Shown: positions 25,001-38,264, numbered from the stretch's first letter. The stretch: DNA of 64,000 bases from Leucoraja erinacea (GCF_028641065.1 NW_026576459.1:1-64000), one strand, 5' to 3'. Notes: generated from the letters alone by a model not told the origin. Program-made: numbers and translations.

Positions 25001-25900
25001 CTTAAAGGTTTCCCATAATAGCGGTGCAGAAATACCCGGTGTGTCATTTATTTCGAAAAAAAGTTTTGTTTGTTCTTTTATATACTCATAACCCTGCGGG
25101 TTATTTAATATGTGTGCATTGAACCTCCAAAAAGGCTTTATACTCGGCATTCCCTCAATTTTAAGTATAAAAGTCAATGGTGAGTGATCAGAAATAATAC
25201 TATTATGATATGATGGTTTATTCGTATACGGGATCAATTTTGTGTCCAGTAAGAAATAGTCAATTCGCGAATAAGTTTTGTGAACTGATGAATAAAATGA
25301 GTATTCCCTACCACTTGGATTTGCTATTCTCCAAACATCAGCTATGTTATTATTTTTCATATAAGTATTTAAAAATTCACAGGTCTTGGTTTTAACAAGA
25401 CGCTTCCCTAGCTTTATTGATTTATCTAAATATGGATCTATAACACAATTGAAATCTCCCCCCATTATTATATTTTGAAAATTATGCTCTGCGATTAAAT
25501 CTATTATTTTCCTAAAAAATTGTGGGTTATCAAAATTAGGCGCGTAAATATTTATCATAGTTAATGGTGTATTGTAAATTTCTCCTGTGACTATAACATA
25601 TCTTCCCTCTTTATCAGATATGGAATTCTTTAATTTAAAAGGTATGCCCTTCCGAATTATAATGGCCGTGCCTCTTGCTTTAGAGGTGAATGAGGAGTAA
25701 TAGGTTTGACCTATCCAATTTGCCCTTAATCTGATCTGAGTTTGTTGTTTCAAATGTGTCTCTTGTAGGAACGCAATATCCATATTTAATGATTTTAATT
25801 GTGCCAGAATTTTACCTCTTTTAATTGGCTCATTCGCACCTCTGATGTTCCAACTACAGAAGGTGAGACCTCCGGTATTTATTCGACTATTATCTTGCAT
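22091..25900 (-). CDS. L1 ORF2 (APE endonuclease, RT, CCHC); one stop at 23366-23368
   Basis: WNIRG, LQETH, GDFN, SDH, QGCALSP, YADD, C-x2-C-x8-H-x4-C; both halves in the same frame. Confidence 0.95.
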
Positions 25901-26835
25901 TGGCTATTATTACCAGACTGTATGCTTCATGTGATGCAGCCAAGTACCTCAGAATCCCGAATCCAGAGTTGTCCTTCATAATTTCTACAGTAGTTCTACA
26001 TCTCCTGACATTATTAAACATAATTGAGGGGAAGAGAAAAACATAAAATAAAGTGTACATAAAAATGATTAAATCATGCAACACATAATTGTGAATAAAC
26101 AAAAAAAGTGAATGTAATTTATCAAAAAGGCGATAAATTACAAAAAAGCCACTTAAGGTAGCTAGATTTGTTTTAAATTTGACCTCCGTCGATGAAATTA
26201 TGCACTGGGCCCTATCCCCCTGTTAGAATTTGACCCAACGTTAGTCGGTTCCCTCTAATTGTTACCAAAATTATCATATCAGGTCATCGCTGAGCAGTTT
26301 AAAATAGAATAAAATAAAAGGGAAGGTAGAATATTTAGCTTAAAATAAAAATAATGATGGGTTAAAATACCTCATCAAAAATTACACTTTTCATTTACCT
26401 GTATGTTAGTTAATTCATTATTAGTATTTAGTAAATAAAATATATGTCTAACCTCCCCCCCCACCCTTCTTGCTATATAGTTAATCGTGTTAGTATAGGA
26501 CATTACGCCTTTAACGTTGGTTGAGTATATTGTGCGTAATTGGTTATTATTAGTTAGTTAGTATATATGTGTAAATAATAGGTCATATAGTGTGAAACAG
26601 ATGCCTCTTATCATGGCCATTTCAAAAGGCGACAGTCTCATAGTTTTCCGTGCTTCAGAATTTGGTGATGTGCTTGCAACCTTGAGAGTTCCTATGTGCT
26701 TTCAGTTCAGAAGATTAGTTCGGCCCGTGTTATTAAATAGCACATTCTTTGCAGATAAGACTGTCTGGTAACTGTCTGAAGGTTTCGAGTGGTTTAATTT
26801 GAACAGAAAAAAACGGTTTCCAGACAAAATGTCAA

Positions 26836-27933
26836 TTAATCTGATCCTGATTGAATTTTGTTTAAAATCTCCTCGGCGTATTTGCAGGCAGCGTCCGGGT
26901 CGGTAAATGAGCGTTGCTTGCCCTTAAAAGTAATTAGCATTTTTGCTGGATAGATCACGCCATAACGAACTTCAGAATGTCCATATAAAACACTGCTTGC
27001 AGTTTTAAACTCGCGTCTTTTTGCCAGAATTTCCCGAGGGTAATCCCTGTAGAATCTTACGATATTATCAGCGAATGTAAGATTTTCTCCATATTTTATC
27101 TTCTTTAATAGAGTTTCCACAGTTGAAATATCTAGAAACTTTACAATAATTTGCCTTGGTTTAGCATTATCGTGTTTTTGGAGGCGACCCACTCGATGAG
27201 CCAGATCTATCTTTGGTTTTTCAGGAAGTTTGAAAACATCTTTAAGTAGATTAGTAATAAAATCACGCATTTGAAGGCCGTGTTCGGCACCCTCTTTAAT
27301 TCCTACAAGTCTCAGATTTTGTCTCCTAGACCTGGCCTCTAAATCTTGACATTTCTCATTCAATTTATTTGTTAACTGCCAATTCGTATCGTGTTGTTTT
27401 TTCAGACCTGTTATCTCTTGGCTCATCTGTTCCATCTCACCCTCCATTTCTTCCATCAATTTTTCCGTGTCTGTTAATTGCTTCAGCAGGATGTCATGTT
27501 TGTTGTTGTACTCTCTCCGCATACTTTCCATTTCCTTCGCTGTGCTGGACTCCAAATCTTTAAACTGCTGTTTCAGGGCTACATAAAGCTCTTTTACTTC
27601 GCCACAGCTCTTATCAATTTTCATAGAAAGATTGCCCTCCATAGTGGAGAAGTTATTCTGAATTGTAGAATTCATTTTGGCAAATTGCTGCTGAAGATCT
27701 TTACTAATCTCTTTAAGAATCTTAGCTCTTACCGTTTCTTCCCAGCTTTTCATTTGTTTCTCCTTTGTATCACTTCTCGCAGCCATATCGCTTGTAGGTT
27801 GTTGAGGTTCCAGCTCCTCTTCCAAACTTTCAGACGAGAGTTCAGGGGTAGTTTCAAGCTCATCCAGAGCTTTTTGGAGCTGGAGACTGATTGTAGTTTT
27901 CTTGGGTCCTCTCTGACCTCTTCTCTTTCTCAT
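26836..27933 (-). CDS. L1 ORF1 (coiled coil, RRM, CTD), 365 aa
   Basis: LEARSRRQNLRLVGIKEG, AHR and YPAK motifs. Confidence 0.93.
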   Translation of the reverse strand: MRKRRGQRGPKKTTISLQLQKALDELETTPELSSESLEEELEPQQPTSDMAARSDTKEKQMKSWEETVRAKILKEISKDLQQQFAKMNSTIQNNFSTMEGNLSMKIDKSCGEVKELYVALKQQFKDLESSTAKEMESMRREYNNKHDILLKQLTDTEKLMEEMEGEMEQMSQEITGLKKQHDTNWQLTNKLNEKCQDLEARSRRQNLRLVGIKEGAEHGLQMRDFITNLLKDVFKLPEKPKIDLAHRVGRLQKHDNAKPRQIIVKFLDISTVETLLKKIKYGENLTFADNIVRFYRDYPREILAKRREFKTASSVLYGHSEVRYGVIYPAKMLITFKGKQRSFTDPDAACKYAEEILNKIQSGSD

Positions 27934-29994
27934 CCAGTTTTTATGATAAGATCGTTTTAAATCCCAAAACCACCAGTATCGTTTGATGGAGTCAGTACCC
28001 TTGACGTTCAGCAAACCTGATAAGAATTTTTAACTCGTTCCTGGTATGGGAGTCGACTTTAAACGCGATTTGTCTGGAGGAGAGCCCAGTGCAGCTGCCT
28101 TCACTGCTTCATAGCAGCCACCGGAAGTCTATTCCTGCAGATTTGTCAGACGAACCTCCCCTTCACAAAACAGTGCTGACTTTGACCTATTTTATCATGA
28201 ACCAAGTTCTCCATAAACTCAGCCTTTATAATGGAGTCTAAAATCTTACCAACCACCGTAGTCAGACTAACCGGCCTATAGTTCCCAATATTCTGCTTTG
28301 TTCCCTTCTTGTACAGTGGGGTAATATTGGCAAATTTCCAATTGTCTGGAACCACTCCTGACTCTAGTGATTCTTGAAATATCACAGATGCTATGTATTA
28401 TCTATCTATGTATTAATGCCTCCACAATCTCTAAAGCCACCTCTTTCAGAACCCTGGGGTACAGTCTATCCAGTCCAGGTGACTTATCCACCTTCAGCCC
28501 TTTCAGCTTCCCAAACACCTTCACCTTAGTAATAGCCACTGCACTAACTTCCACCCCCTGACTCTCTTGTATTTCAGGTACATTGCTGATGTCTTCCACT
28601 GTGAAGACTATTGCAGAAAGTTCTTTAACTCCTCTGTCATTTCTTTATTCTCCATTATCACGTATCCTGCATCGTTTTCTAGCTGTCCAACACACACACT
28701 TACATCTTTCTCACTGTTTGTATAACTGAAGAAACTCTTGCTATCCTCTTTTATATTAGTGTCTAACTTACCTTCCTATTTCATCTTTCCTCATCTTATT
28801 GACATTTTAGTTATATCCTGTTGTTCTTTAAAAAGCTTCCCAATCCTCTGGCTTCCCACTAATCTTTGCAATGTTATACACCTTCTTGTAGTTTTATACA
28901 GTCCTTCACTTCCCTTGTCAGCCACCGTCACCTCATTCTCCCCCTGGAATCTTTCTTCTTCTTTGGAATGAAACGATCCTGCATCTTCCAGATTATTCCC
29001 AGACATTCCAGCCATTACTGTTCAACTTTCATCCCTGCTCGTGTCCTTTTCCATTCAACTTTGGCCATCTTCTCCCTCATGCCTCCATAGTCCCCTTTGC
29101 CCAACTACAATACCGACACATCTGATTTCACCTTCTCCCTCTCAAATTGCAGGTTGAATCTTATCATATTGTGATCGCTACCTCCTAGTGGTCCCTTTAC
29201 CTCGAGTTCCCTTGTCAAATCCCGTTCATTACACAACACTAATCCAGAGTTTCATTTTTTGATGGTGGGCTTCATCACAAGCTGCTGTAAGAATCCATCT
29301 CAGTGGCATTCTAGAAATTCCCTTTCTTGGGGACATGTACCAACCTTCCTGCATATTGAAATCTCCCATCACCACCATCGTAATGCCTTTCTTACATGCC
29401 AATTGTATATTCTGATGTAACTTGTACCCTATATCCTGGTTACTGTTTGGGGGTCAGTAGATATCTCCCATTAGAGTCTTTTTACCCTTATAATTACTCA
29501 ACTCTATCCATAATGAGTCTACATCTACTGATCCCATGCCACCCATCGCAAGGGACTGAATTTCATTCCTTACCAACAGAGCTGCCTCACCCGCCTTGCC
29601 CACTTGTCTGTCTGTCTTTCCCATAGGAGGTATAACCCTGAATATTCAGCTCCCAGCTCCAATCCTCTTGCAGCCATATCTCTGTAATTCCCACAACATC
29701 ATGCCTACCAATCTGTAACTGTGCTACAAGCTCATCCACTTTATTTCTCATCCTACACACATTGAAATACAACACCTTTCATTCTGTATTCACCTCCCCT
29801 CCTCTCAAACCAATCCCAAAGTTACCTGACCTTACTCTCTTATCCCTTCTTTAACTTTCCGTCCTGTTATTTCTGGAGACTTCTGTAGCTTTTCTGCACT
29901 CTCTTTCCCTTTAACTCCACCCTTACACTTCCAATTTGTTACTCTCCACACCCCACTATTTGGTTTGAAGCTCTATCTACAGCCCTAGTTATAG

Positions 29995-30567
29995 ACAATA
30001 GGTACAGGAGTAGGCCATTCGGCCCTTCGAGCCAGCACCGCCATTCAATGTGATCATGGCTGATCATCCACAATCAGTACCCTGTTCCTGCCTTCTCCCC
30101 ATATCCCCTGACTCCGCTATCATTAAGAGCTCTATCGAACTCTCTCTTGAAAGCATCCAGAGAATTGGCCTCCACTGCCTTCCGTGGCAGAGAATTCCAC
30201 AGACTCACAACTCTCTGGGTGAAAACGTTTTTCCTCATCTCCGTTCTAAATGGCCTACCCCTTATTCTTAAACTGTGGCCCTTGGTTCTGGACTCCCCCA
30301 ACATCGGAACATGTTTTCTGCCTCTAGCGTGTCCAATCCCTTAATAATAATGTTTCAATAAGATCCCCTCTCATTCTTCTAAATTCCAGTGAATACAAGC
30401 CCAGCCGCTCCATTCTCTCAGCATATGACAGTCCCGCCATCCCGGGAATTAACCTGGTGAACCTACGCTGCACTCCCTCAATAGCAAGAATGTCCTTCCT
30501 CAAATTTGGAGACCAAAACTGCACACAATACTCCAGGTGTGGTGTCACCAGGGCCCTGTACAACTGA
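29995..30567 (-). mobile_element. CR1 3' fragment
   Basis: [12 protein letters not shown]; RVVSLWNSLP. Confidence 0.9.
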
Positions 30568-31084
30568 CATAGTGAGGGAGTAGCTACATGATTTATGAAG
30601 AAAAATAATAACATTTGAATTCTATAAATGTCTCTTTATGAAACATTCTAGATAATTGCTTTAGGAGTGGGTTATTTTATTTTCACTGTTGACTTCATTA
30701 TCTTGGAAGTGACGTGAATGAGAGTTTTTCCTGTTCAATTAAAACTGAAAGGACATAAAAAAGCTGTAAGATACCATTGGTTTAAATACATATGTTTTGC
30801 TTATTCAGTAAGACTGTACACATTGGGTAATCTGTGTAGAGCAGCTGAATATTATTATGCCTGTATATAATGAAACAGTTCACTGTTCATTAGATTGGCC
30901 ACTCGCTAATCCCTTTGTACCAATATTGTCAGAACAGATTATTGTATAAAATGCTGCACGTTCATATTGGATGTGACTAATGTAGTAACTTGTGATCAAA
31001 ATCCAGCTCGAGGCCATTTATTCTACAATGGGTATTATTGCTCTTGTATAACAGATATCATGTAGTGATGTGTACAGTTTGCCT

Positions 31085-31335
31085 GGAGTCAGGTCCCAGC
31101 CGGGTACAAGTGGAGTCTGGTCCCAGCCGGGTACAAGTGGAGTCTGGTCCCAGCCGGGTACAGGTGGAGTCTGGTCCCAGCCGGGTACAAGTGGAGTCTG
31201 GTCCCAGCCGGGTACAAGTGGAGTCTGGTCCCAGCCGGGTTCAGGTGGAGTCTGGTCCCAGCCGGGTACAGGTGGAGTCTGGTCCCAGCCGGGTACAGGT
31301 GGAGTCTGGTCCCAGCCGGGTACAGGTGGAGTCTA
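31085..31335 (+). repeat. 27-bp minisatellite GGAGTCTGGTCCCAGCCGGGTACA(A/G)GT
   Basis: 9 units. Confidence 0.95.
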
Positions 31336-31683
31336 TCCCGTCGGAACAGTTCCCTCCTTCCCCAATACTGGGGCCAACATCCCACAGATTCAAATCCACA
31401 TCTTCCACATCAGTGTTTGATCCATGCGAACAACTCTCTAATCCTCTCAACTCTGTGCCAATTTGCTCTGGGCTCAAGTAGCAATCCAGAGATGATTACC
31501 TTCTTGGTTCTGCTGTACAATTTGGTATCTAGCTGATCAAATTCAAGATTGAACCCAGGTCCCTGGAGCTGTGAAGAGCTGCGTCACTGTGCCCCCCTCT
31601 CTTTGTTCCTTGCTCCCCGCTGTCATTATTTTATGTCCAATTTTATTTGCAGTGTAAATGTGAAATATTCCTGTTTTGTGCAG

Positions 31684-31710
31684 GATACGAGGATGTGGAA
31701 CGAGATTGTG
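31684..31710 (+). CDS. Butyrophilin-like gene, 27-nt cytoplasmic exon (GYEDVERDC)
   Basis: TTTTGTGCAG|27 nt|GTAAGT, phase 1-1. Confidence 0.75.
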
Positions 31711-31799
31711 GTAAGTACAGGCTGATGTACAATACAATAAAACTCTCTGGTGTGTGTTATGTCAGCTAAAGCACAGATCATGAATGGTTCAATATAATG

Positions 31800-32960
31800 T
31801 ACAACTGTACAGCACAAGAACAGGCCATTCGGCCCACAATGTCTGTGCACAACATGGTGCGAAGACCAGCTCTTATCTGCCTGCACATGTTCCATATCCC
31901 TCCATTCCCTGTATATCCAGGTGTCTGTCTAAAATGCCACTATGGTATTTGCCTCCACCACTACATCCCAGGTACTCCCCACACTGTGAAAAACAACTTG
32001 CCCCACACACATCCTTTAACCTTTGCCCCTCTCACCTTAAAGTTATGTCCTCGAGTCTTTGATTATTTTCACCCTGGGGAAAAAGGTTCTGACTGTCCAC
32101 CTGTTCTATGTCTGTCATAATTTTATACACTTCTGCCTCAACTACCTCTTCCGACAGCTCGTTCCATAATCCCATCACCCTTTGTGTAAAAGAGTTCCCT
32201 CTCAGGTTCCTATTGAATCTCCCCCTTACATTAAACCTATCGTTGTTGATTCCCCTACTCTGGGGACGAGACTCTGTGTGTTTACCCGATCTATTCCTCT
32301 CACAATACTGCACACCTCTATACGATCACCCCTCATCCTCCTGCGCTATGAGGAATAAAGTCCTAGCCTGCTCAACCTCTCCCTATAGCTCAAGCCCTCG
32401 AGTCCTGGCAACATCCTCGTCAATCTTATCTGTATCCTTTACAGCTTGACAACGTATTTCCTCTAACATGGTGCCTAGAACTGAACACAACTATCCAAAT
32501 GTGGCATCACCAACGTCTTATATATCCGCAGCGTGACCTCCCAACTTCTATACTCAATACTGTGACTGATGAAGGCCAATGTGCTGAAACACTTTATGAC
32601 TACACTATCTACCTGTGACGCCACTTTCAAGGAACTATGTAACTGAACTCCTACATTAAGTTTGTATTTAATAACATCAATCATTCCTCAGCCCATCTGC
32701 CCAACCGATCAAGATCCTGCTGCAATTTTTGACGACCATCTTCACTATCCACAATACCACCCACGTTTGTGTCATCTACAAACTTGCTAATCATGCCATG
32801 TACATTCTCACCCAGATCATTGATATAAGCACAGAACCGTGAGGCTCACCACTAGTCACAGGCCTCTAGTCCGGTAAACAACCTTCCCTCATCACCCACT
32901 GCTTCCCTCCATGAAGCCAATGTTCTATCCAATTCACTATCTCTTCTTGGATCCAATGTG
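31800..32960 (-). mobile_element. CR1 3' fragments
   Basis: IEYRSWEV..PHLDSCVQF; FTQRVMGLWNEL. Confidence 0.85.
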
Positions 32961-33109
32961 CTTCAACCTCCCTCTGTTTCTACGCTTCTCGCCCCACCTT
33001 CAATTCTTATCAGATCCATCATTCTCATCCCTTTGTCTTCAGCTCATCACCTCCAGCCTCACTTCCTGTCTCCACCGTTCTCTCCCACACCTGGTCGTTC
33101 TACCAATCA

Positions 33110-33750
33110 CCCCCCCCTCCTCACCTGAACCCACCTGTCTTGCTCCACCCCCTCCCCTCACCTGAACCCACCTGTCTTGCTCCACCCCCTCCCCTCACCT
33201 GAACCCTCCTGTCTTGCTCCACTCCCTCCCCTCACCTGACCCCACCTGTCTTGCTCCACACCCCCCTCACCTGAACCCACCTGTCTTGCTCCACCCCCCC
33301 CTCACCTGAACCCACCTGTCTTGCTCCACCCCCTCCCCTCACCTGTACCCACCTGTCTTGCTACACCCCCTCCCCTCACCTGAACCCACGTGTCTTGCTC
33401 CACCACCTCCCCCTCACCTGAACCCACCTGTCTTGCTCCACCTCCTCCCCTCACCTGAACCCACCTGTCTTTCCCACCCCCTCCCCTCACCTGAACCCAC
33501 CTGTCTTGCTACACCCCCTCCCCTCACCTGAACCCACGTGTCTTGCTCCACCCCCTCCCCTCACCTGAACCCACCTGTCTTGCTACACCCCCTCCCCTCA
33601 CCTGAACCCACCTGTCTTGCTACACACCCCTCCCCCTCACCTGAACCCACGTGTCTTGCTCCACCACCTCCCCTCACCTGAACCCACCTGTCTTGCTCCA
33701 CCCCCTCCCCTCACCTGAACCCACGTGTCTTGCTCCACCACCTCCCCTCA
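33110..33750 (+). repeat. 37-bp minisatellite CACCTGAACCCACCTGTCTTGCTCCACCCCCTCCCCT
   Basis: About 17 units. Confidence 0.95.
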
Positions 33751-33906
33751 CCTCTACACAGATGCTGCTCTGCCCAATTTATTACACACACTGAGAGAGC
33801 ATTCCTAGTTTTGCCCGGTAAATATGTGTATGTTTGTGTGTATGTACACACACTCACACTCTTATACACCCACACACTCTCTCACACACAAGGTCACCGA
33901 CAAACT

Positions 33907-34138
33907 NNNNNNNNNNNNNNNNNNNNNNNNNNNNNNNNNNNNNNNNNNNNNNNNNNNNNNNNNNNNNNNNNNNNNNNNNNNNNNNNNNNNNNNNNNNNNN
34001 NNNNNNNNNNNNNNNNNNNNNNNNNNNNNNNNNNNNNNNNNNNNNNNNNNNNNNNNNNNNNNNNNNNNNNNNNNNNNNNNNNNNNNNNNNNNNNNNNNNN
34101 NNNNNNNNNNNNNNNNNNNNNNNNNNNNNNNNNNNNNN
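33907..34138. other. Assembly gap
   Basis: N run. Confidence 1.
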
Positions 34139-34546
34139 TGTATATGTATATTACGAGTAAAGTATTTTGCTGTACCCCTTCCCCTGTCTCTTTCTACGGA
34201 GGGGGCAGAGGGAAGCATGAGAATGAAGAAGTGTCCAGACCCTAGACGTGTTCTGTCATTTCCTTACACATGTGTTGCCTGACCCACGGACTTCCTCCAG
34301 CAGTTTGTTTTTATTTCTCACCGTTCACCCGCTTCCCGTCCACTTCCACCCCAATTAGGAAACTCCATTAAACATGTTTTAGTCCATGGGATGTTGGTGG
34401 GTGGGAAAACGCCGGGATATCGTCCAGTTATCCGCCCGCCTGTGCCTGAGGCCGAGCGGCCTCTCCCCCGGTCCCGGGGCCGCGCTGCCCGAGTCTCTCC
34501 CCCGACCCCTCACGGGGACTCTCTGATTGTCTGCTTCTCCCCCCAG

Positions 34547-37500
34547 TCTCCGTCACCTGGATGTGGAAACAGGGGAATCCGTGGCTCGAGGTGTCCTGTG
34601 ATCTCTAAGTGTGTGTGACGGACCGAGACCGTGTGTGCTCCCTGTCACCTGAGGTTTACTACTGGTGGTGTGTGCTGGGATCGTTCCATCTGACATTACT
34701 GGGGACTGTGGAGGTGTGGGTGTCAGTGTGTGGGTGTGTGGAGTGTGTGTGTGAGTCCTTGTGGTGTTGTTAGTTCACCTGTGTCTTGCAATTTTATCCT
34801 GTCACCCCTCATCCCAGTGTATATCACCCTGTGGAACCCTAGTGTCCTTGTCCTGGCAAAACCTCCCCTATAGCTCAAGCCCTCGAGTCTGGCAACATCC
34901 TCGTCAATCTTATCTGCATCCTTTAACAGCCTGACAACGTATTTCCTCTAACATGGTGCCTAAACTGAAACACAACTGTGAATTGTGCATCACCAACGTG
35001 CTTATATAGCTCTGTATGACGTGACCTCCCATGTTCCATACACTCCCTCATGTGATATCACCTATTACGGTACATGCACTTTATGAACACACCCTTTCTT
35101 ACCCTCCCATCTGTCTACTCTCTGACACATTGACTGATGCGGAAACTCCTACTGTGTTGTGTGTATTTAGTACACATCCAATCATTCTCACCCATCTGCC
35201 CAACCGAATCAAGATCCTGCTGCAATTTTTGTGTGACGCCACTTCACACAATCACACTATGTAACTGAACACCCACGAGTGTCATCTACAAATAATGCTA
35301 ATCATGCCATGTAACATTCCATGAGCAACAGAACCGTGAGGTGTCACCACAGTCACAGTGCCTCTAGTTGTTAAACAACCTTCCCCCTGCCAATGTTCTA
35401 TCCATTGACACCTATCTCTTCTTGGATCCCATGTTCTTCAACCTCCTCTCTGTTTCTTTCTCACCTGTTCCATTTCCTTAGCACAGACACGTCGTCTACC
35501 ACCAGTACGGCTTTCTCATCCAGTTTCACCTTTGTCATTTCTCACACGTGTGTTGCTCCACCTCACCTGAACACACCTTTATGTGCCTCCACCCCCTCCC
35601 CTCACCTGAACCCCCACCTATCTCTTCTTAGGATCCACCCCCCTCACCTGAACCCTCTGTTCTGACCTTGCTCCCCCCCCTCCCCTCACCTGAACCCACC
35701 CACCTGTCTTCTCCACCCCCTCCCCTCACCTCACTCAACCCACCCACTGTTCCTCCCCACCTTCGAACCCTCCACCCCCCCCTCACCTGAACCACCTTGT
35801 CCCCATCCCCCCACTGCCCCTACCCCCAGACCCACACTGTCCTTTGCTCACCACCCCCGACCTGACCTCCTTGCTCCACCTACCTGGACCGGACGTGTCT
35901 TTGCTCCACCCCCTCCCCTCACCTGAACCACCAGGAACCAACCCACCCCCCAGCCGGTGTGTGAGTGTGTGGCCGGGTCAGTGCTTCACCAGTCCAGGTA
36001 TTCCCGCCCTCCTGTATTCCCCACCCCCCTCCCTCACCTTCTGGCCCCCACCACCCCCTCACTGAACCCACCTGTCCCCCACCACCACCCCCTCACCTGA
36101 AACCCACCTGTCTTTCTCCACCCCCTCCCGTCCCTGAAACAGTGTCAGCTTGCTCCACCACCTCCCCTCAACATCCCTTCATACACAAATCGACACATTG
36201 TGTTCTGACCCTCCTTGCCCGTGATCCCCCTTAAATTGTGTATTTTGTGTTTGTGATCACTCACCTGATTCCCTGCTTTCCACCTACACACTCTCTCACA
36301 CCGTTTTTTCACTCCATTCTCGTCCACACACACACACACACACACAACACACACACCACACCTCACACGGACGCTATGTGTCTGTGTGAATGTGTGTGTG
36401 TGATTGTGTGTGTGTGTGTGTGTGTGATGTGGGTCGTGTGTGTGTGGTAGTGTGTGTGTGTGTGATGTGGGGACATCACCCCACAAAACACACATTCTAC
36501 ACACACAGATCACACACATGACAACCTCCGTGTGTGTGTCCACACACACACAGACAAACACCACCACACACCCCCCACAAAGCCCCACACACAGAAATAG
36601 CTGCACACTCACCGTGGGTGGTGTGTCCAGAACTGTGTGGTGCGTGTCTGTGGTGTGTGTGTGATACGTGTGTGTGTGATCTGGTGTGTGTGTGGTGTGT
36701 GTGTGCATTCTGTGTGGTGCAGATTCTGTGTGTGTGTGTGTGTGATTAAAATGTGTGTCTCCCTGTCTGTGGTGTGTGAAAGATAGTGTGTCCCTTGTGT
36801 GTTTCTGTGTGTGTGTGTGCGTGGACTGTCACCTGTGAGTGTACCGTGTGTACACACACCCCAACTGACACACAAGACCACAACAGGCAATTGTGTGTGT
36901 GATTCTGTGTACACCCGAATGTGTGGTCCTATCTTCCCCCCCAAAGGGAACACTGTCTGTGTGTGTGTGTGATTACATGGGAGAGTGAAGTGTGGAAAAT
37001 GAGTCCAATACCCCATGAAACCAACAGGACCCATCATACGACCAAGTTTACAAAGTGATACTGTGTGAACGCACGCCCTGCCGGCCGCTGTGTGACACAC
37101 CACACACTGCTCTGGAGGCCCAGTTACACAGTTTGCTTTTCCCAACCCACAACTCCGCCCACACTACCAAACATGGAGACATTACGACAGCAGAGTCTGG
37201 ACAAACACCCACACCCACAACAAACCCCCCTGAAGTGGTCGCCACTTACTCCGTAAGCTGCAGAGTGGGCCAGTGTGGAGAGGAAGAGATGGTTCAAGAG
37301 TCCCCCTGACCTTCACCGGAACGAGAGGGGCGACAGGGGAGGAGGGGGTTTGTTGGAGTCTGGAGCACGAGCGGGGAGTCTCAACCGGGCCCGGGGCCGG
37401 CCCAAGGCTCTCCCCCCCGTCAGCATATTAGGGGGATCTTCTGATCTCTCCTCTCCCCCAGCGAGCAGCATCCAGACGGACTTTCAAAACCCGGGATCCG

Positions 37501-38068
37501 GATGTCCTCGATGATGGAACAAGCCCGGACTGCCGAGTGTTATCTCCGTCACGTTGGAGGCCAGGAGGAGAGTTTAGAGAGGAAGCACTGGTCAGTCACC
37601 GATTCCGGAGAGACATTCCTGTCTCCCAGGAGGGAAACAGGAAGTCCGCGGCTGTAGCATTCACGGAGTATCTAAGAGCAAGAACGGAGGACAGGAGTGA
37701 GAGCAGAGGTCACACTCACAGATGGTGGGACACAGTGGAGTGAGTCTGGAGCATCGATCAGTGGGTGACATTGTTTCAGGCATTCATCTGGTGCCTCGAC
37801 GATCTGGTGGTGAGTAAATTGCCGTCCCATCCCACAGAAGGTGGGGGTTAGGAGCAGAGAGATGTACCAGATAGGAGCAACTGGATACTGGATTCGCTCG
37901 AGCACGACATAAGTCCAGTCTTATCCTTTTTCGAGGACACCAAGTCCCCATCTTCCACACCTTCACTGGGTATACATTCAACAGAGAAACTTTAATCCTT
38001 TCTTCAGGAATTGCGATTTTTTAAACCATTGGCTGAGAATCTGCTCAGGTTCCGCTCCGGGTGTGTAA
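34547..38068 (+). pseudogene. B30.2 (PRY/SPRY) terminal exon, fragmented or mis-assembled
   Basis: Acceptor CCCCAG, then VSVT[L]DVET..NPWLEVS; later DTKSHL.TFTG..EKL.PFF..WLRICSGSAPGV*; AATAAA at 38215. Confidence 0.75.
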
Positions 38069-38264
38069 AAGGGTCGGGTCCCGGGACCGGCGTCAGGAGC
38101 GGGGCTCAGGGGCTGTGGGGCAGAAACCCGGTGGACAACAGGTCGGCGCTGAACGAACGGCTCCCATTTAATTCCCAAATTCCGCGTCGTGAAACAAACC
38201 CCAGTGAGCGCGGAAATAAAACCAGGGGGAATGTAAATGTGGCCTTGCCGAGGCAGCATGAAGT

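Larger units (their letters stand above)
21729..28129 (-). mobile_element. Full-length L1 retrotransposon, 6.4 kb
   Basis: 5' end GACTTCCGG, poly(A) tail, 15-bp TSD TATTCCTGCAGATTT at 21714-21728 and 28130-28144. Confidence 0.97.
20790..29990 (-). mobile_element. CR1 (EN+RT), host of the L1 insertion
   Basis: RT in 20790-21713; EN and RT start in 28145-29990. Confidence 0.9.

Noticed and set aside
30739-30765. Third 27-nt butyrophilin micro-exon
   Set aside because: Acceptor reads CAA rather than CAG, and the frame contains TAA
33730-34282. ORFs spanning N runs (also near 40700 and 54000)
   Set aside because: Gap artefacts
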